A stretch of DNA of 63,105 nucleotides, filler included, from Octopus bimaculoides (GCF_001194135.2; 6 parts of 6 records of this genome joined end to end with filler, not necessarily neighbours in it), one strand, 5' to 3'. Shown: positions 1 to 13,475, counted from the whole stretch's first letter. Made by a program: numbers and translations. Notes: generated by a model from the letters alone, not told the origin.

Positions 1-8
1 TATATATA

Positions 9-40
<32 letters not shown>

Positions 41-2393
41 GCATACATATAATTTTATATTTCACTTATTTCACTTTTATTTTATTGCCTTGTTGCCATC
101 AGCGTTAGTGCTTTCTGTATTATTCTGAACACATTTTCCTGTCTTTTCTATTTATTTGTGGTATAAGGAATATAAGAGAATACAGGAAAAGAAATCTTTG
201 TAGTAGAAGGGCTTTTCAAGATGAAATTAATTAAGAAATGCTAAAAGTAGAGTTCTACACTTATATTGAAAAGCTATTAGGGAGCTTAAACTGCAAATCT
301 TTCAAAGAAGAAAATAAACCGTCAAAGATTCAATAGTTTCTTTCATTTCAGAATACATTAGCTAGCCTTGGATTTCCCAGCTCCTCCTGAAAAGTATGAG
401 AAAATGTACAGAGATGTGTCAGTGTTATGTTCATTTCAATTATGAATATTTCTCATAACTTCTTATTTCTCAAATTACTTTATTGAAATTAATTTTATAC
501 AAGAACAACGACAGCAGCATTAATAACAACAATATCATCAATCATTTTATGGTGATGACTTGTACGAAAACAACTTGTTCACTATTCAAAGAAGAGATAA
601 CATGTCATATGATTCCACTTAGATTTATATTTACATTTAAATGTATCAGGAATTGATTGTCTTAAATGTAGGTTTTTTTTTTCCTTTCTTGGCTGCTAAT
701 AAAATAAATAATTGAAATATTAATACATTGGCAACAGTTCTAGGACAATAGCAAATGAATTGCTTATGCAAATATCTTATTTTGAATAATGAATCCTATT
801 ACTTTCTTGTGTGTACATAACGTGCTTCTGGGACAGTATGATGACTAACCTGAATATACATATAGTTTCATTTCGGAATTAAGAAATATTTGTCTTTCCT
901 TAATTATCTAATTTACGTGCCCTGGATACCGTAGAAAGTGCAGATTTTAACGAATTACTACATAGATACCGTAGGAGGTTTCCGGTTGATGTAATAACCC
1001 CCTTCTATATGTTTCTATATGTTTGGCTCCCAATATTTACACTGAGTGTTATTATTCACTGAGTGTTACTTTTCACTGAAGTTATATACATATAAAGTAA
1101 AATATACTAAATAAAACAATCCATTTTTAATAGACCTTTCTAATATTGGTAGACATATATTTATAAACCTATCCTAATGAAGCTATATGACCGGACATCT
1201 TTAATTTGATTTTGGCTATGTTCACTATAAGTTCATTTTGGAGAACTGAATTAAGCAGAAGAGGGCACTATTAACAATTATGTCATTGCTACAAACACAT
1301 GGATTTCTAACATACTGTTTAGTAGTTGAATCGAAATAAATCAGTAGTTATTATATTGATTGGTTCTCCTGCTTCACAAGTGATTTAAGATGTAATTCAA
1401 CCATTTTATTATTTTCCTGAATAGTTCACTTTATCCTACATTTCATCAGCTTAAGCATGGAAATAAGGATATTATATGTGCACCTGAAATGTTGCACATC
1501 TGTTGACTCATCATAAAACGTCATGGGCTCCACTGTTTGGTTGTGCTTGATAAAAAAAATTGGTGTGCGTGTCTTAGTTAGGAGGTTACTATGTGAACTA
1601 AAGACGTTTACTGTTTCTAGTCAGAAGATTTTACTTTTCACTACCCTAGTTTACCTCGCTGCTGGATAGAAGTATCAGATTTTCGGACAAAATGTTCTCC
1701 ATCGATATATATATATATATATATATATANNNNNNNNNNAATCATAGAAAACTTATTTCACATTCTACTGTATCTTTATTAACATAAACATACTGCAGTA
1801 AAAAAAAAAATATAAACAAAAACAAGTAAGACCGAAATATTGCTTTACTGAAATATCTATCCTATTTGTATGCAAGCCATTGTTTCAGCGCTGAGAATAA
1901 TTTATCAGATTGTCTCATATGAGATATGCTGAAATAAATGATTCAAGATAAATGGTTCCGAGCAACATAGAACGAATATGACAAGTACTGTTATCAAATT
2001 TTCACATCCGTAACCAACATTTTAAAGTAGCCTGTAGTAGTTCAAGTTAAGAACTGAAGGCACAGATGAATATTTCTTTAGAAGAAGCTGTTGCTTCCGC
2101 TTAAAATATACCTATAAAATGGAAAATGTCAGCATTTCAGAAGAGCTAGGATGTTGAGCTGATTTGCATTGATAAAGTGTTTTGCTCTAAACTTCTGATA
2201 GTAAACCTGGTTGCTTTTTCTATTCCCTTTTTTTTTTCCTTCTTTTTTTTTTTTTTTGACCGAATCAAGATCTGCTTAGGTGGGTCAATACCATTTCTTT
2301 TACAAAAAAGCTATTAAAACATCGATTATTAATTCATCAAAATTTGACATATCAATGATTATTTGCCGCTGCATTCAAGACAGCGAGCTGACA

Positions 2394-3112
2394 AAATCGT
2401 AAACACGTCGGTAAAAATGCCTAGTGACATTTTTTCCGACTTTGCGTTCTGAGATCAAATCGTAANNNNNNNNNNNNNNNNNNNNNNNNNNNNNNNNNNN
2501 NNNNNNNNNNNNNNNNNNNNNNNNNNNNNNNNNNNNNNNNNNNNNNNNNNNNNNNNNNNNNNNNNNNNNNNNNNNNNNNNNNNNNNNNNNNNNNNNNNNN
2601 NNNNNNNNNNNNNNNNNNNNNNNNNNNNNNNNNNNNNNNNNNNNNNNNNNNNNNNNNNNNNNNNNNNNNNNNNNNNNNNNNNNNNNNNNNNNNNNNNNNN
2701 NNNNNNNNNNNNNNNNNNNNNNNNNNNNNNNNNNNNNNNNNNNNNNNNNNNNNNNNNNNNNNNNNNNNNNNNNNNNNNNNNNNNNNNNNNNNNNNNNNNN
2801 NNNNNNNNNNNNNNNNNNNNNNNNNNNNNNNNNNNNNNNNNNNNNNNNNNNNNNNNNNNNNNNNNNCTGAGATCAAATCGCAAACACGCGGGTAAAACTG
2901 CCTAGTGACATTTTTTCCGACTTTGCGTTCTGAGATCAAATCGCAAACACGCGGGTAAAACTGCCTAGTGACATTTTTTCCGACTTTGCGTTCTGAGATC
3001 AAATCGTAAACACGCGGGTAAAACTGCATAGTGACATTTTTTCCGACTTTGCGTTCTGAGATCAAATCGTAACCACGGTGGTAAAACTGCCTAGTGACAT
3101 TTTTTCCGACTT
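2394..3112 (+). repeat. 63-bp minisatellite derived from a SINE tRNA-like head (interrupted by an N gap at 2466-2866)
   Basis: Unit AAATCG(T/C)AAACACGCGGGTAAAACTGCCTAGTGACATTTTTTCCGACTTTGCGTTCTGAGATC starts at 2394, 2457, 2875, 2938, 3001 and 3064 (63-bp period). It is preceded by CAGCGAGCTGACA, which matches the SINE family B head start. Confidence 0.92.
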
Positions 3113-3410
3113 AGGTCAGCTACTTTCGGCTCCTGATTTGGCCGCATCTGACAATCATCTGTTCCCCAACATGAAAAAGCACTTGGCTCGGAATCAGTAT
3201 CGCAGTGATGATGGCGTCATATCTGCTGCTGCTGATGACTTTTTTAATCAACAGGATGAAAGCTTCTTCATCGATGGGATCGAAAATTACACCACCGATG
3301 GAAGAAGTGTATGAGTCGCAAGAGAGGCAATATTTAAAAGTAAACCTTATTCGGTCACATTTCATGACAGTGTTTTGGTAAACCTATGAACTTTTCAACC
3401 GACCCTCGTA
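3113..3410 (+). mobile_element. mariner (DD34D-type) transposon 3' fragment with right terminal inverted repeat
   Basis: Translation APDLAASDNHLFPNMKKHLARNQYRSDDGVISAAADDFFNQQDESFFIDGI resembles the mariner YSPDLAPSD motif and C-terminus, with frameshifted LHHRWKKC. It ends in AACCTATGAACTTTTCAACCGACCCTCG followed by TA (3409-3410). Confidence 0.85.
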
Positions 3411-4665
3411 TCTGATTGCATTTAAAATGATGCCAGACTTCGCACGAACATTGGTAAGATGATTTAAATCCTAATGAACATTTATTTCTTTTTCATACGA
3501 TGCTGCATGTAAACTCCTGATAAGTGTGTGTTGGGCGGAATACTTACTTTCATTGTTATATACAAGAGTTTACTGAACTGCATATCACTGAAGAGTTAGT
3601 TTCACGAATAATCCAGCGGAGGGCGGGGTTGGGCAATCCGCAAACGCACTACATATCATCACATTTCAGTCCAACCTGTTCTTACATCTTTAAAAACGTA
3701 AGCGATTTGAGAAATGTATTTACGCGTATACGTATATCATATGTATAAATACATAAACATACTCACACATACTCAGAGTCATTCAATATTCCGATGGATT
3801 GTCATGCGGTATTTGCTCCAGTTCTATGAGTACAAATCCCATTAAGGCCAGCTGCCTTTTATCCTTTGCAGAGTGATTAAAAAAAAAAAAAGTACCATTC
3901 TAAGACAGGAATCAGAAGTACTATTAGAGCGTTGTTCGGGGTTTTGACAGCATGCTGTAACGGCTTCGCCTTTCTCTTGGACGCTGTTAGTAGCGTGGGT
4001 AGATGGAACTTGTACGAATGGCTACAGCTACTCTACAAGAATACGAACTTTCCAAGTGGACGAACCCAAGTTTAAATATTATCGAAGTTGGCTTTGAAAC
4101 AGATGGTCGTAGCTTCAAAGCTTTAAGTCATATCTGCTCGATCTATATTGACGTAGGAATAAGCAATGATATCAGTTTTAGAAAGTGCATTTAAGATAAG
4201 TCAGGTGGACGGTGCTCACTCCTAAGTTGACTATATTCACAGGATGGTTAGAAGCCAGTGCAGCAGCCCCATTCTCTTTGGTGCAGTTGTTTCTCACCAC
4301 AGGTTCACTGGCACTTATCAATTGTTTCATTATTGAGGAAACGACTTTATCCATAGTACTTGCTGCTTAATGTAAACATTATAAATAACTAAAACTAACA
4401 TAGCCAGTGCCATTCATCTGATTCGAATTCAGTTCAATGAATTACAATTTCGATCAAATTAACGACTAACTCTTAAAATCCAATGGGATTTAAAATACCT
4501 AAATATTTCTGCTGATTGCGATGAATGCGAGCCCTAATCTTTATTTCAGTTAAAAGAAACGATGCTTAAAGTAACCAAACATAATACATATGCAACAACC
4601 TTAAAATTAAATTCCGCGTACAGTATTGATTACATATCTAAACAGCTTAAGGATTTTTCATCAGA

Positions 4666-4733
4666 AACATGGTCCCCGATTCAGTCCCACCTTGTGAGTG
4701 GATTTGGTAGACGAAAACTGAAAGAAGCCCGTC

Positions 4734-4773
<40 letters not shown>

Positions 4774-5003
4774 TTATTTATTTATTTATATATGTATCTA
4801 TATGACTGTGTCTGTGTTTGTCCCTCCCCACCACTGCTTGAGAACCGGTGTTGGTGTGTTTGTGTACCGTAACTTAGCGGTTTGGCAAAAGAGACAGATA
4901 TAATTAGAACCAGGCTTAAAGAGTGGGGTCGATTGATTCGACTAAAAAATTCAAAGCGGTGCCCCAGTGTTACCGCAGTCTAATAACTGAAACAAGTAAA
5001 AGA
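4666..5003 (+). mobile_element. SINE family A (tRNA-derived, internal TA microsatellite), 5'-deleted copy
   Basis: Matches the intact copy at 52395-52800: CCTTGTGAGTGGATTTGGTAGAC..AACTGAAAGAAGCCCGTCG, (TA)n, and tail GCGGTGCCCCAG..ACTGAAACAAGTAAAAGA. Confidence 0.85.
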
Positions 5004-5735
5004 AACTAATTTATGTTTTGAAAGCTTCAGTTATTTCTGAATTTTTAATAAACCGGATTAAGTTTAATAACCTAGTATATTTTATACTATTCAAATATAT
5101 ATTTCATGCTAAAAGTGTCATTTGGGTGAAAATCGTTTCTTATGGCCTCCACTGTATATTGGATATTACATGCACGAAGGACAATGGAAATGAAATAAAC
5201 CAACCAGTCAGTAACTGAAACTATCAGAACTATGAATATACAAATATTTGAGAAAAATATTTGTTGAAATATTAATCGTTTTGTGTACAGTTTGACATTG
5301 ACGTATGGGGAACTGAAACAATCTGACACTAATTTTAGTCGCCTTAGACCAAATATAAAAAATATCGAAGAGAAAATCAAAACTGATTCACTCTTCACAC
5401 TATTTTATAGAACTGACATCTGTCGAAGCAGTTACTTCCATCCATTGTAAATTCAAATTTTAACGCTAAAACAAGAATCGTTCGATAAAATGTGATTATA
5501 TCTCAAGTATCTAGGCTGCTTTTAATGACTCTTTATACTTATGCAGTCTACAGGAAACGAATATTTTGCATCGCTGCCGCAATTGCCATTCCTTTAGGTT
5601 CAGAATAATGCAGGTTTTTAGTAATTCCATTACAGTTTAACGATTCTAAATCAAATGTAAAAGTCACTTTTTTGTATTCTACTACTGAGATTTTAGGTGA
5701 TTTCCTTCTCTGATTTCAAGCTACATATGTTTCAG

Positions 5736-5801
5736 TGACTGCCAAACGGAAGATCACATATCGGCTTTCTGGCATTAAAAATAAGTTCTTATTTTACGAA
5801 G
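5736..5801 (+). CDS. candidate internal coding exon (66 nt, phase 1-1), unknown protein: TAKRKITYRLSGIKNKFLFYE
   Basis: Acceptor ATATGTTTCAG, donor AAG|GTAAGT. Only one of three frames is open. No family recognised. Confidence 0.33.
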
Positions 5802-6685
5802 GTAAGTTTTTGTACGTGTCTTGTGATATAGATGGACATTTTTGAATCAACATACACCTTTTAAGACTACAAAATTGTATAATAGAAGAATTTTACACTA
5901 AACTGTTAAATACACAGCTTGGTACAGATAATAACACGTGCGATATTGAAAAGAATCATTCTATGTTGGCTCGTCTTATTTGATTTTGAATACATATTAG
6001 AATCTTACATAATCATACGATTCTTGGCTTCTCCTTATTCTTTCTATAGATTCATAAACGGAGGATGAGCAGTTCTCATGAGATTTTTCAGGGCCAGCAT
6101 GATTTTGGAGAAATTGGTCTGAATGTTTTTAGCAAGTGATTGCATTAAACGTACGAGAGATGAAGTTGCATGTATAAGAATAATTTTTCGATGGGTTTCC
6201 ACACAGTTTTCGTTTACCAAATTTCCCTTCAGGGGCTTCGATGGACCCCTTATAAAAGCCAATATCCGAAAGTCCTGTGCGGTCGGATAAACTCGAAACA
6301 AAGTAGCTTGTCAAGCAAACATTTTAGCTACAATACCATGATTTCTCTTAAATTGTATCTCATTTTTAGAATTGTTTTGTGTCTTGGGTAAGACTATTAA
6401 ATTATTTTGACTAATGTTCGATATAATGCTAAGAAAGAAAAAACGAAATATATTCTAATATTTTCACATGAGATTAATTTTTCGTCTTCCACTCCTTATT
6501 GTTCATTCAATTCTTGGTTTATGCAGAATTTCTAACTTGTTTCTTTTAGATAATCCAAACTTGAAAAGGAAAATATTAATATGTGAAGCACTTTGTGTGT
6601 CAGTGAATGAATTCGATATAACTGCAAACATGAGATTTAAATTACATGCGTACGTCATAAATATGAAATTTGCGTCGTCGTCGAG

Positions 6686-6730
<45 letters not shown>

Positions 6731-6919
6731 AGGCAAAAGGCCTGAAATAGTTGGGAAGAGGGCTTGTCGATTACATCGACCCCAGTACTCAAGTGTTACT
6801 TATTTTGACAATTCCTAAAGGATGAAAGGCAAAGTCAACCACGTCGGAGTTTGAACACAGAACGTAGACAAACGAAATGTCGCTACGCCTTTTAGACATA
6901 CTAACGGTTCAGTCAGCCC

Positions 6920-6920
<1 letters not shown>
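6731..6920 (-). mobile_element. SINE family B (tRNA-derived) with (TAC)n tail at 6686-6729
   Basis: Reverse complement contains CGTTCTGTGTTCAAACTCCGACGTGGTTGACTTTGCCTTTCATCCTTT..GGGGTCGATGTAATCGAC, matching copies at 28236 and 54085. Confidence 0.8.
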
Positions 6921-6952
<32 letters not shown>

Positions 6953-9900
6953 TTTTCTTTATTCACCACTGAGGATTTATATAAAAGATTGAGGACGGCA
7001 GAAGACAACACAACACAAAAAGGGTGGGATTTAATTGTGTAAAAATCTAATAACAAAAAAAAATTATAGCGAATAAATCCTCAAAAGAGGGAGGGGAGGC
7101 TTCCATGGGCTGCTTGTGGAAATCCCACAAAAAAACCGTGATCGCCCTGACTTCTAGGGCAAGTGCCCTCTTCACTTCATTTACACTCGGTCTAGAGGTG
7201 CATGCTTAGAGTAATTCACTCGGGTAATTCGCGCTACATTCATTCGCTTTTTAACAAAATTTCTGGGTGGCAGCACTTTCCTTTCTACACTCACTTTGCT
7301 TTGCAAGTGAAACTTGAAAAAGTTAATGAGGGCTTGGCCAAAGTGGAAAGTCTGTCTTCAATCCTTTTAATCTGGCCTACCACACAGCTTCTTTTGTTAA
7401 GGCCACCAGACAAAGAAACACGGTGGTGGACCCTATGGAAAGCTTTATACTGATTCAAATTGACCAGGGCGCATGTTTGCACATCACCTATCAGTTCTTC
7501 AACGACAAGCGCCAAATTTTTGCTAACATCTTGCCCTAAATTTCAAAGTCGGCGTTATCTCTGATATTCTTTTTTTGGATATTTTCTTTGTAGTGCCCCC
7601 CACTCTTTGAAACACAGAATTGAGGGTTCTGTCATTCTGCTGCCAGTTGCAACAGATATCTGCCAAAGGGCCGTCAAACAAGTCTATATTATAACAGCAA
7701 AGCTCTAGGGCAGACCATACAAACCAGATGATTTGACCCCCGTGCAACTCGTCATCACATCCCGTATTTCCGCGGCTGTTATTGACATCTCACAACACTC
7801 TGCTCCGATTTCTGAGAGTCGTGACATGCCGTCGAGGTAATCACTGAAGGCCATCCTGCGTTCCGGAATGCCATTCGTCCTAAACAGTTGGGCGAAGTGC
7901 TACTGAAACGCCGCACACACTCGCTCGAGCTGGAGTATCCTACACCCATTTTAGTACATCAAAGATCGAATAACGGCTTTGTTGTAAAGTTGCGCCTCTG
8001 TCATTCGGGCCCATAGAGCAGCTTTCATTCCCTTTTGTCTTAGAGTACGCACCTAAGATCTGACAATGCAACCTCCGTGTTTAGTGTTGAAGAATTTGTC
8101 CAGGGCCAATCTTGCGGCCGGCCAGCACGTCGGCTGCAATGCATTTCCTGAGCGCCTTTTATAAGTTTCTCACTAAATTACCTTCTATTTTAGTCCTTTC
8201 TATTACTAATGCATTACTAAACCTAACTGATTACACTCTAATTGCCCTCTTCGAGGCAAACCATCAGTTGTTGTTGTTGACTATTGCCCCCGTCAACGCC
8301 CTCTTAGGAAATTCTCTAATGTGGTTGCTGTAAGCTTGGCACACCGGGAGTGAGGTGTTCAGCTTCCAGTAACCGGGTCTCTGCCTTCTAAGTCTATCTA
8401 GGTCGACCGTACCAATTTTTGGTCTGTGTAGCCGATCAGTTTGAAAAGTGGACACCTTATACTATCTTTATCTACTACCCTAAAGAATACGACCTGGATG
8501 ATCCGGTGCGATTCGTCCATGTCCATATTGGCACATCGGGGAAATCCAGTCGATACCTTCTCAGACAATTAGCAATGTCTGAGCAGGTTTGCGAGGCTTT
8601 TACCACGTCCTCTTCTATCAACTTGCCCCCCCCCCCAGTCCAAAAGTGGCTCTAAGACGGCGTTCCAGTCGCCCACCAACACTTAAAATTCGAGACGTAC
8701 ATGGGAAAACCTCCAGGCGTCTGAAGAAATCCGGGTGTCCTGTCGGAGCATAAACAGTCACTACTCTGATGCACCCCCGTCGCTATTGTTCACATCCTGG
8801 GACACCAACTTACATTCAGCGTCCAGGAAGATAGTCATTATCTCGAGAGTCAGGCCTTTCTGGATCAATACAACCCATCGCCGGTTGACATGGAGATAAA
8901 TGTATCTCGTACCCACCGAAAATGGGCATGAAAATCTGTTGATCAGAGAAGCTGGTTTCACTGAAAGCTACAACATTGACACTTAGATGACCTGAAGTCT
9001 TTCAATAGATGGTCTTGTTTCCAGTACCATGTGCCTCTATACTGACTGCTCTGAACAGGGTCACATTAGATCAAAGTATAGAAGCGGAAAAAGTTACTTA
9101 CTGTTATTTAGTTGGAGAGGAAGGGAGGGATGTTCCTTTTCCATAGGTATGCGTGGATGTTTCCACGTGTAGTCCTTTATATATTCGTCTATTTATATCT
9201 CTATGGAATGCCCCTACTCCGTCAGGGTATTGTGCTTTGATGGTGTTATGTGTGTGTTGTGATATTTGTATGACTTTAATGTGTTGGTATGTTCCTTCTC
9301 GGTGTGATAAAGTCGCTGTGTGTGATGTCTGTATGGCTATATATATGTGAGTCATTAGTTTTTCATTGTTGGTGTCTATTGCTGTGTAGTTCAATAAGTG
9401 TGATCTGAAAGATGTATAACTGGATTGGGTTGTACATATGATGGTGATATTTGTAATAGTGGTGGCGGTGATGGTAGAGATGGGGATGATGTTGTTGGCA
9501 GTACTGGTGTGGCTGCTGTTGGGGGAGGTATTAAAGAATTTGTTTTCGATGGTCATACCTGCCAGTTTTTTGTGTTGATATCGCTGTTGATTTGTTTCTT
9601 TTACTTTTGTTTGATCTCGGAACCTTTTGCCAGTTTGGGTCTTCCTGTTCCCCCTCACCTCAGAATTTGTCTGATTGCTCTGAACATGGGAGGAACAAAT
9701 CTTTCGAAATTTTTGTGGGCTTTTTTCGTTGATAAGGTTGTTGTTTTGTTGGGGTGGGGAGAGTGTTCTGATGCTGCTGTTGTTGCTGCTATCGATGTTG
9801 TTGATTTGGCTGCTGTTGTTTCCACTGTTGTTCGCGGTTTTGTTGCTGTACTGCTCTCGGTGCTACTACTGTTACTGTTGCTTTTGTAGTTGTAGTCGCC

Positions 9901-10325
9901 TGCTTCTTCTAGTTGTGATGTTGTTGTTGTGATGATGGTGGTGGTGGTGGTGGTGGCTGTGGGCAGAAAGCTTTTGTTGTGGCAGAAAGCTTTTTACCAT
10001 CCGGTAGGCTTACTTAGACCAGGATGGCCTCAACGCTGCGTTTGTCAGCTTCTATTAGTAACTGCAGCCCTGTCCTAACCGGTTCTGCTTGTGTATCTTC
10101 TGTTTTCACAGATTCGTGATTTGGTCTTCTATGTCGAGGAGAATTGGAGTTCAGTATTCGAACTCTGAATACTCTTCGAACAAGAGAGATGGGGATACTG
10201 ATTAGTTCCTCAGTCGTTAGAGTAGATGTCTACAATTATCGTTCGCCATCTTTTTGTCTTTTAGCAATAAAATGAAGGGCGACTTAGCCGAAACACACAC
10301 CAAAATAGCCACTAAGGGCTATAGA
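6921..10325 (-). mobile_element. internally deleted, decayed Tx1/L1-clade LINE (ORF1 remnant, APE endonuclease, N-terminal RT, (ATT)n tail)
   Basis: Minus-strand motifs in order: NVVAFSETS (~8960), RVVTVYAP and VLVGDWNAVL (~8660-8750), WTWTNRTGSSRSY (~8500), PGYWKLNTSL (8351-8380), KSSGLYGLP (~7720), LALVVEELIGDVQTCA and NQYKAFHRVHH (~7420-7520). Multiple stops and frameshifts. The 3' end abuts (TAA)n at 6921-6951. Confidence 0.85.
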
Positions 10326-12501
10326 TGGAGTAGAATTAATCAGCTCTCCAAGGTTCTGGTTAGTTTAACTAAGTAATGATAACAAATGTACAATGTATAT
10401 TTGTGTATAAGAATATAACAACAATACTTACGGAGCGTTGCGCAACACGTGTCGTGAGACGAACAACAACAACAACAACAATAATAATAATCATGTACAA
10501 TATCAAACAGATGAAATAAAAAAGACATTAAAAGGAAGCGTACTTTGATTTACTCGACATTTCGGAAATACTTTGAGCTGTAAATGTTCAAAATGTCTTA
10601 CAGTTAAATATTTCGTTTGACATTATTTTAAGTAAAATTTTATATGATAAATTGTAATGTTGTTATGCAAATGCATTTGATTGCTAATTGCTTCCGAGAG
10701 AGCGCCCAATGTGGTAGTTGGATCGGAATTTAGCTCTGAGGATATTCTGAAATAACATTTTTATTAATGAAATAACTAGCTACTGTTTGACGATTAAGCA
10801 ATTAATTTCCGAGAAATAAATGAATGAGAAAGAAGCATAATATATTTCCATAAAGAAACCATGTGAACATAGCCTCTGGATTCAGAATTAATATATAAAT
10901 TATCCACACCTCAAACAGTAACTGTAATTATAATGATGTGTTGCTGAAAGAAGTCATACCGAACTTCTGCAAAAATATTGGAATGCTGGAGAATTTTGTC
11001 GGAACACTTCAGGCGCTGTTTCGTAAAGCATATTTCTTTACAATTTAACAAATAAGCCGTCTCTGAGCAGATTTTGAAGTATGGAAATATATGTAATATT
11101 TTAAATGCGGTAAAGATATCCGGCAAATTGTGGTAAATTTCAACGGCCATCCCATATTCATTCAATTTTATAGTTATTCTATAATTAGCGTTGTCCATTG
11201 AGACCACCCTGTGGATCTAAATGTATGTTAATCATGTAACAACATTCGTTGAAACACTATTTTGGAGCATATTATTGAACTGTGCAAGGAGAAAAGAAAT
11301 AAGTGAAGACTTAAACCTAGATTCAAAGTTACTGCATAAAAGAATATGAAGTGGAAAGGAATTGATCATAATAAATGGCAAACTCAAGCAAACAAACAAC
11401 TAGTATAGAAAAAACTTATCAAGTCATGCTAAACGCATGAACAATAGTAGTCGCAACCACTGACTGCTAATGATTGGGGTTTCTGCATCTGCATAACCAT
11501 TTAGCGTCGTGAACCAAGTAGCCAAACATCGAAATTGAGTCTTAAACATGGTTCAACTTTTGATGTTTTTCAACAATCTTTTGCCTAGGCAACCCCTTTG
11601 ATTGTATTATACTCGAGGGGACCCTCAGAGCTATTTTGGTTTTAAAAAATGCTATGTTTATTATTAAATATTATTAACAATTGTATAGAAAAATTGTTTA
11701 AATATTTTGTGTATTGAAGTATAACCAATATATTGCGCATATCGTAACACTAGCAGCATTGTATAATCAGATATTATTGAAATTTCATTCGAAATAGTAA
11801 CGGTTTGGCAGTTAAAGATAACAGAATAGTATTGAAGATATTAGTAGTTCAGGAGAATAGTAAATTATAACAATAGTAGTGTCTTAGTGTTACATAGTGA
11901 TATTAGTGTGATATATATATATATATATAATAATAATATTAGGGACAAAATCTATCTATCTATATATATATANNNNNNNNNNNNNNNNNNNNNNNNNNNN
12001 NNNNNNNNNNNNNNNNNNNNNNNNNNNNNNNNNNNNNNNNNNNNNNNNNNNNNNNNNNNNNNNNNNNNNNNNNNNNNNNNNNNNNNNNNNNNNNNNNNNN
12101 NNNNNNNNNNNNNNNNNNNNNNNNNNNNNNNNNNNNNNNNNNNNNNNNNNNNNNNNNNNNNNNNNNNNNNNNNNNNNNNNNNNNNNNNNNNNNNNNNNNN
12201 NNNNNNNNNNNNNNNNNNNNNNNNNNNNNNNNNNNNNNNNNNNNNNNNNNNNNNNNNNNNNNNNNNNNNNNNNNNNNNNNNNNNNNNNNNNNNNNNNNNN
12301 NNNNNNNNNNNNNNNNNNNNNNNNNNNNNNNNNNNNNNNNNNNNNNNNNNNNNNNNNNNNNNNNNNNNNNNNNNNNNNNNNNNNNNNNNNNNNNNNNNNN
12401 NNNNNNNNNNNNNNNNNNNNNNNNNNNNNNNNNNNNNNNNNNNNNNNNNNNNNNNNNNNNNNNNNNNNNNNNNNNNNNNNNNNNNNNNNNNNNNNNNNNN
12501 N

Positions 12502-12539
<38 letters not shown>

Positions 12540-13436
12540 TATATATATACGTATAATATACAAGCTGAATGTATTTTTTTTTTTAATGATGTGACTCTTT
12601 AAATCGGACTTTTGGAAAGGGGAAGTTTTACAATAGCATATCTTAAAATTTGATTTTCCATTCAGAATTGAAATGTATCATGGACTGAAATTGCTTTATC
12701 TAGAGAATAAATACGTTTGTTCATATATTAATATATGGTAATATTCAATTATTTCAAGTTGTGGAACAGATAACGACTAATGTTATGATCATGACTCGTA
12801 AACCAGAACCGCTTGAACCTCATATATCGATATTGTGAAAGAACTGTAAATGTTAAGTATATATAAAACGGATTCGCATGGCTACGCTGTAACTAGGATA
12901 CTGCTGCAGAAACTTGATTGAATTGTCAAATGCGAGATCATAACATTTATTTTTTATCCCTTTGGAAACAGAAATCAATTTTATAAATATTTGCAAAGAC
13001 ATAGGACACGTGAAATCAGCAACCAAGATTGAATAAATAAAAGTATATAAATGCGCAAACAGGTTGCAACAGTTAAACCATTCAGTCAGAGCTATATTCA
13101 TGGAACAAGAAGCCAAATATTATTTCAGAAATATAATACGCGAATTATTTGTAATAGGCCAACCCACATTTCCATATCTTCCTGTCTAATTGAGTTGTTT
13201 AAGAGTAAATATAATGAATATCAAAATATTAGATTATAGTTAATATAAATTAATGCAAGCAGCAATTGTACTACATGTACACACGGGCAAACATTACACT
13301 TTTCTAAATTCATTACGACTACACGTCAAATTACTACTAACTCCCAATACAATATAAAGTGAAATACAATACCTAGAGTTACTTTCACAAAATGGTTAAA
13401 TGTAAATTATTACATATGAATACAAGGAAAATGGAC

Positions 13437-13475
<39 letters not shown>

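Noticed and set aside
362-447. Protein-like stretch LALDFPAPPEKYEKMYRDVS
   Set aside because: The strongest acceptor gives stops in all frames and there is no good donor. Insufficient support.
2421-3065. 214-aa ORF with 21-aa repeats
   Set aside because: Translation of the 63-bp SINE-derived minisatellite across an N gap. No evidence of coding function.
2394-3112. CRISPR-like regular repeat
   Set aside because: Units are contiguous with no unique spacers, and the context is eukaryotic.
10268-10300. ATGAAG-GGC(gactta)GCC-GAAAC at the LINE 5' end
   Set aside because: The CUG of the core is absent, the motif is antisense to the LINE, and there is no cleavage triplet or helix I.
12853-13116. 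87-aa minus-strand ORF with a CPMSL motif, reminiscent of a Cys-loop (chemotactile) receptor
   Set aside because: No second Cys at the Cys-loop spacing, no FPFD motif, and no supporting exons.
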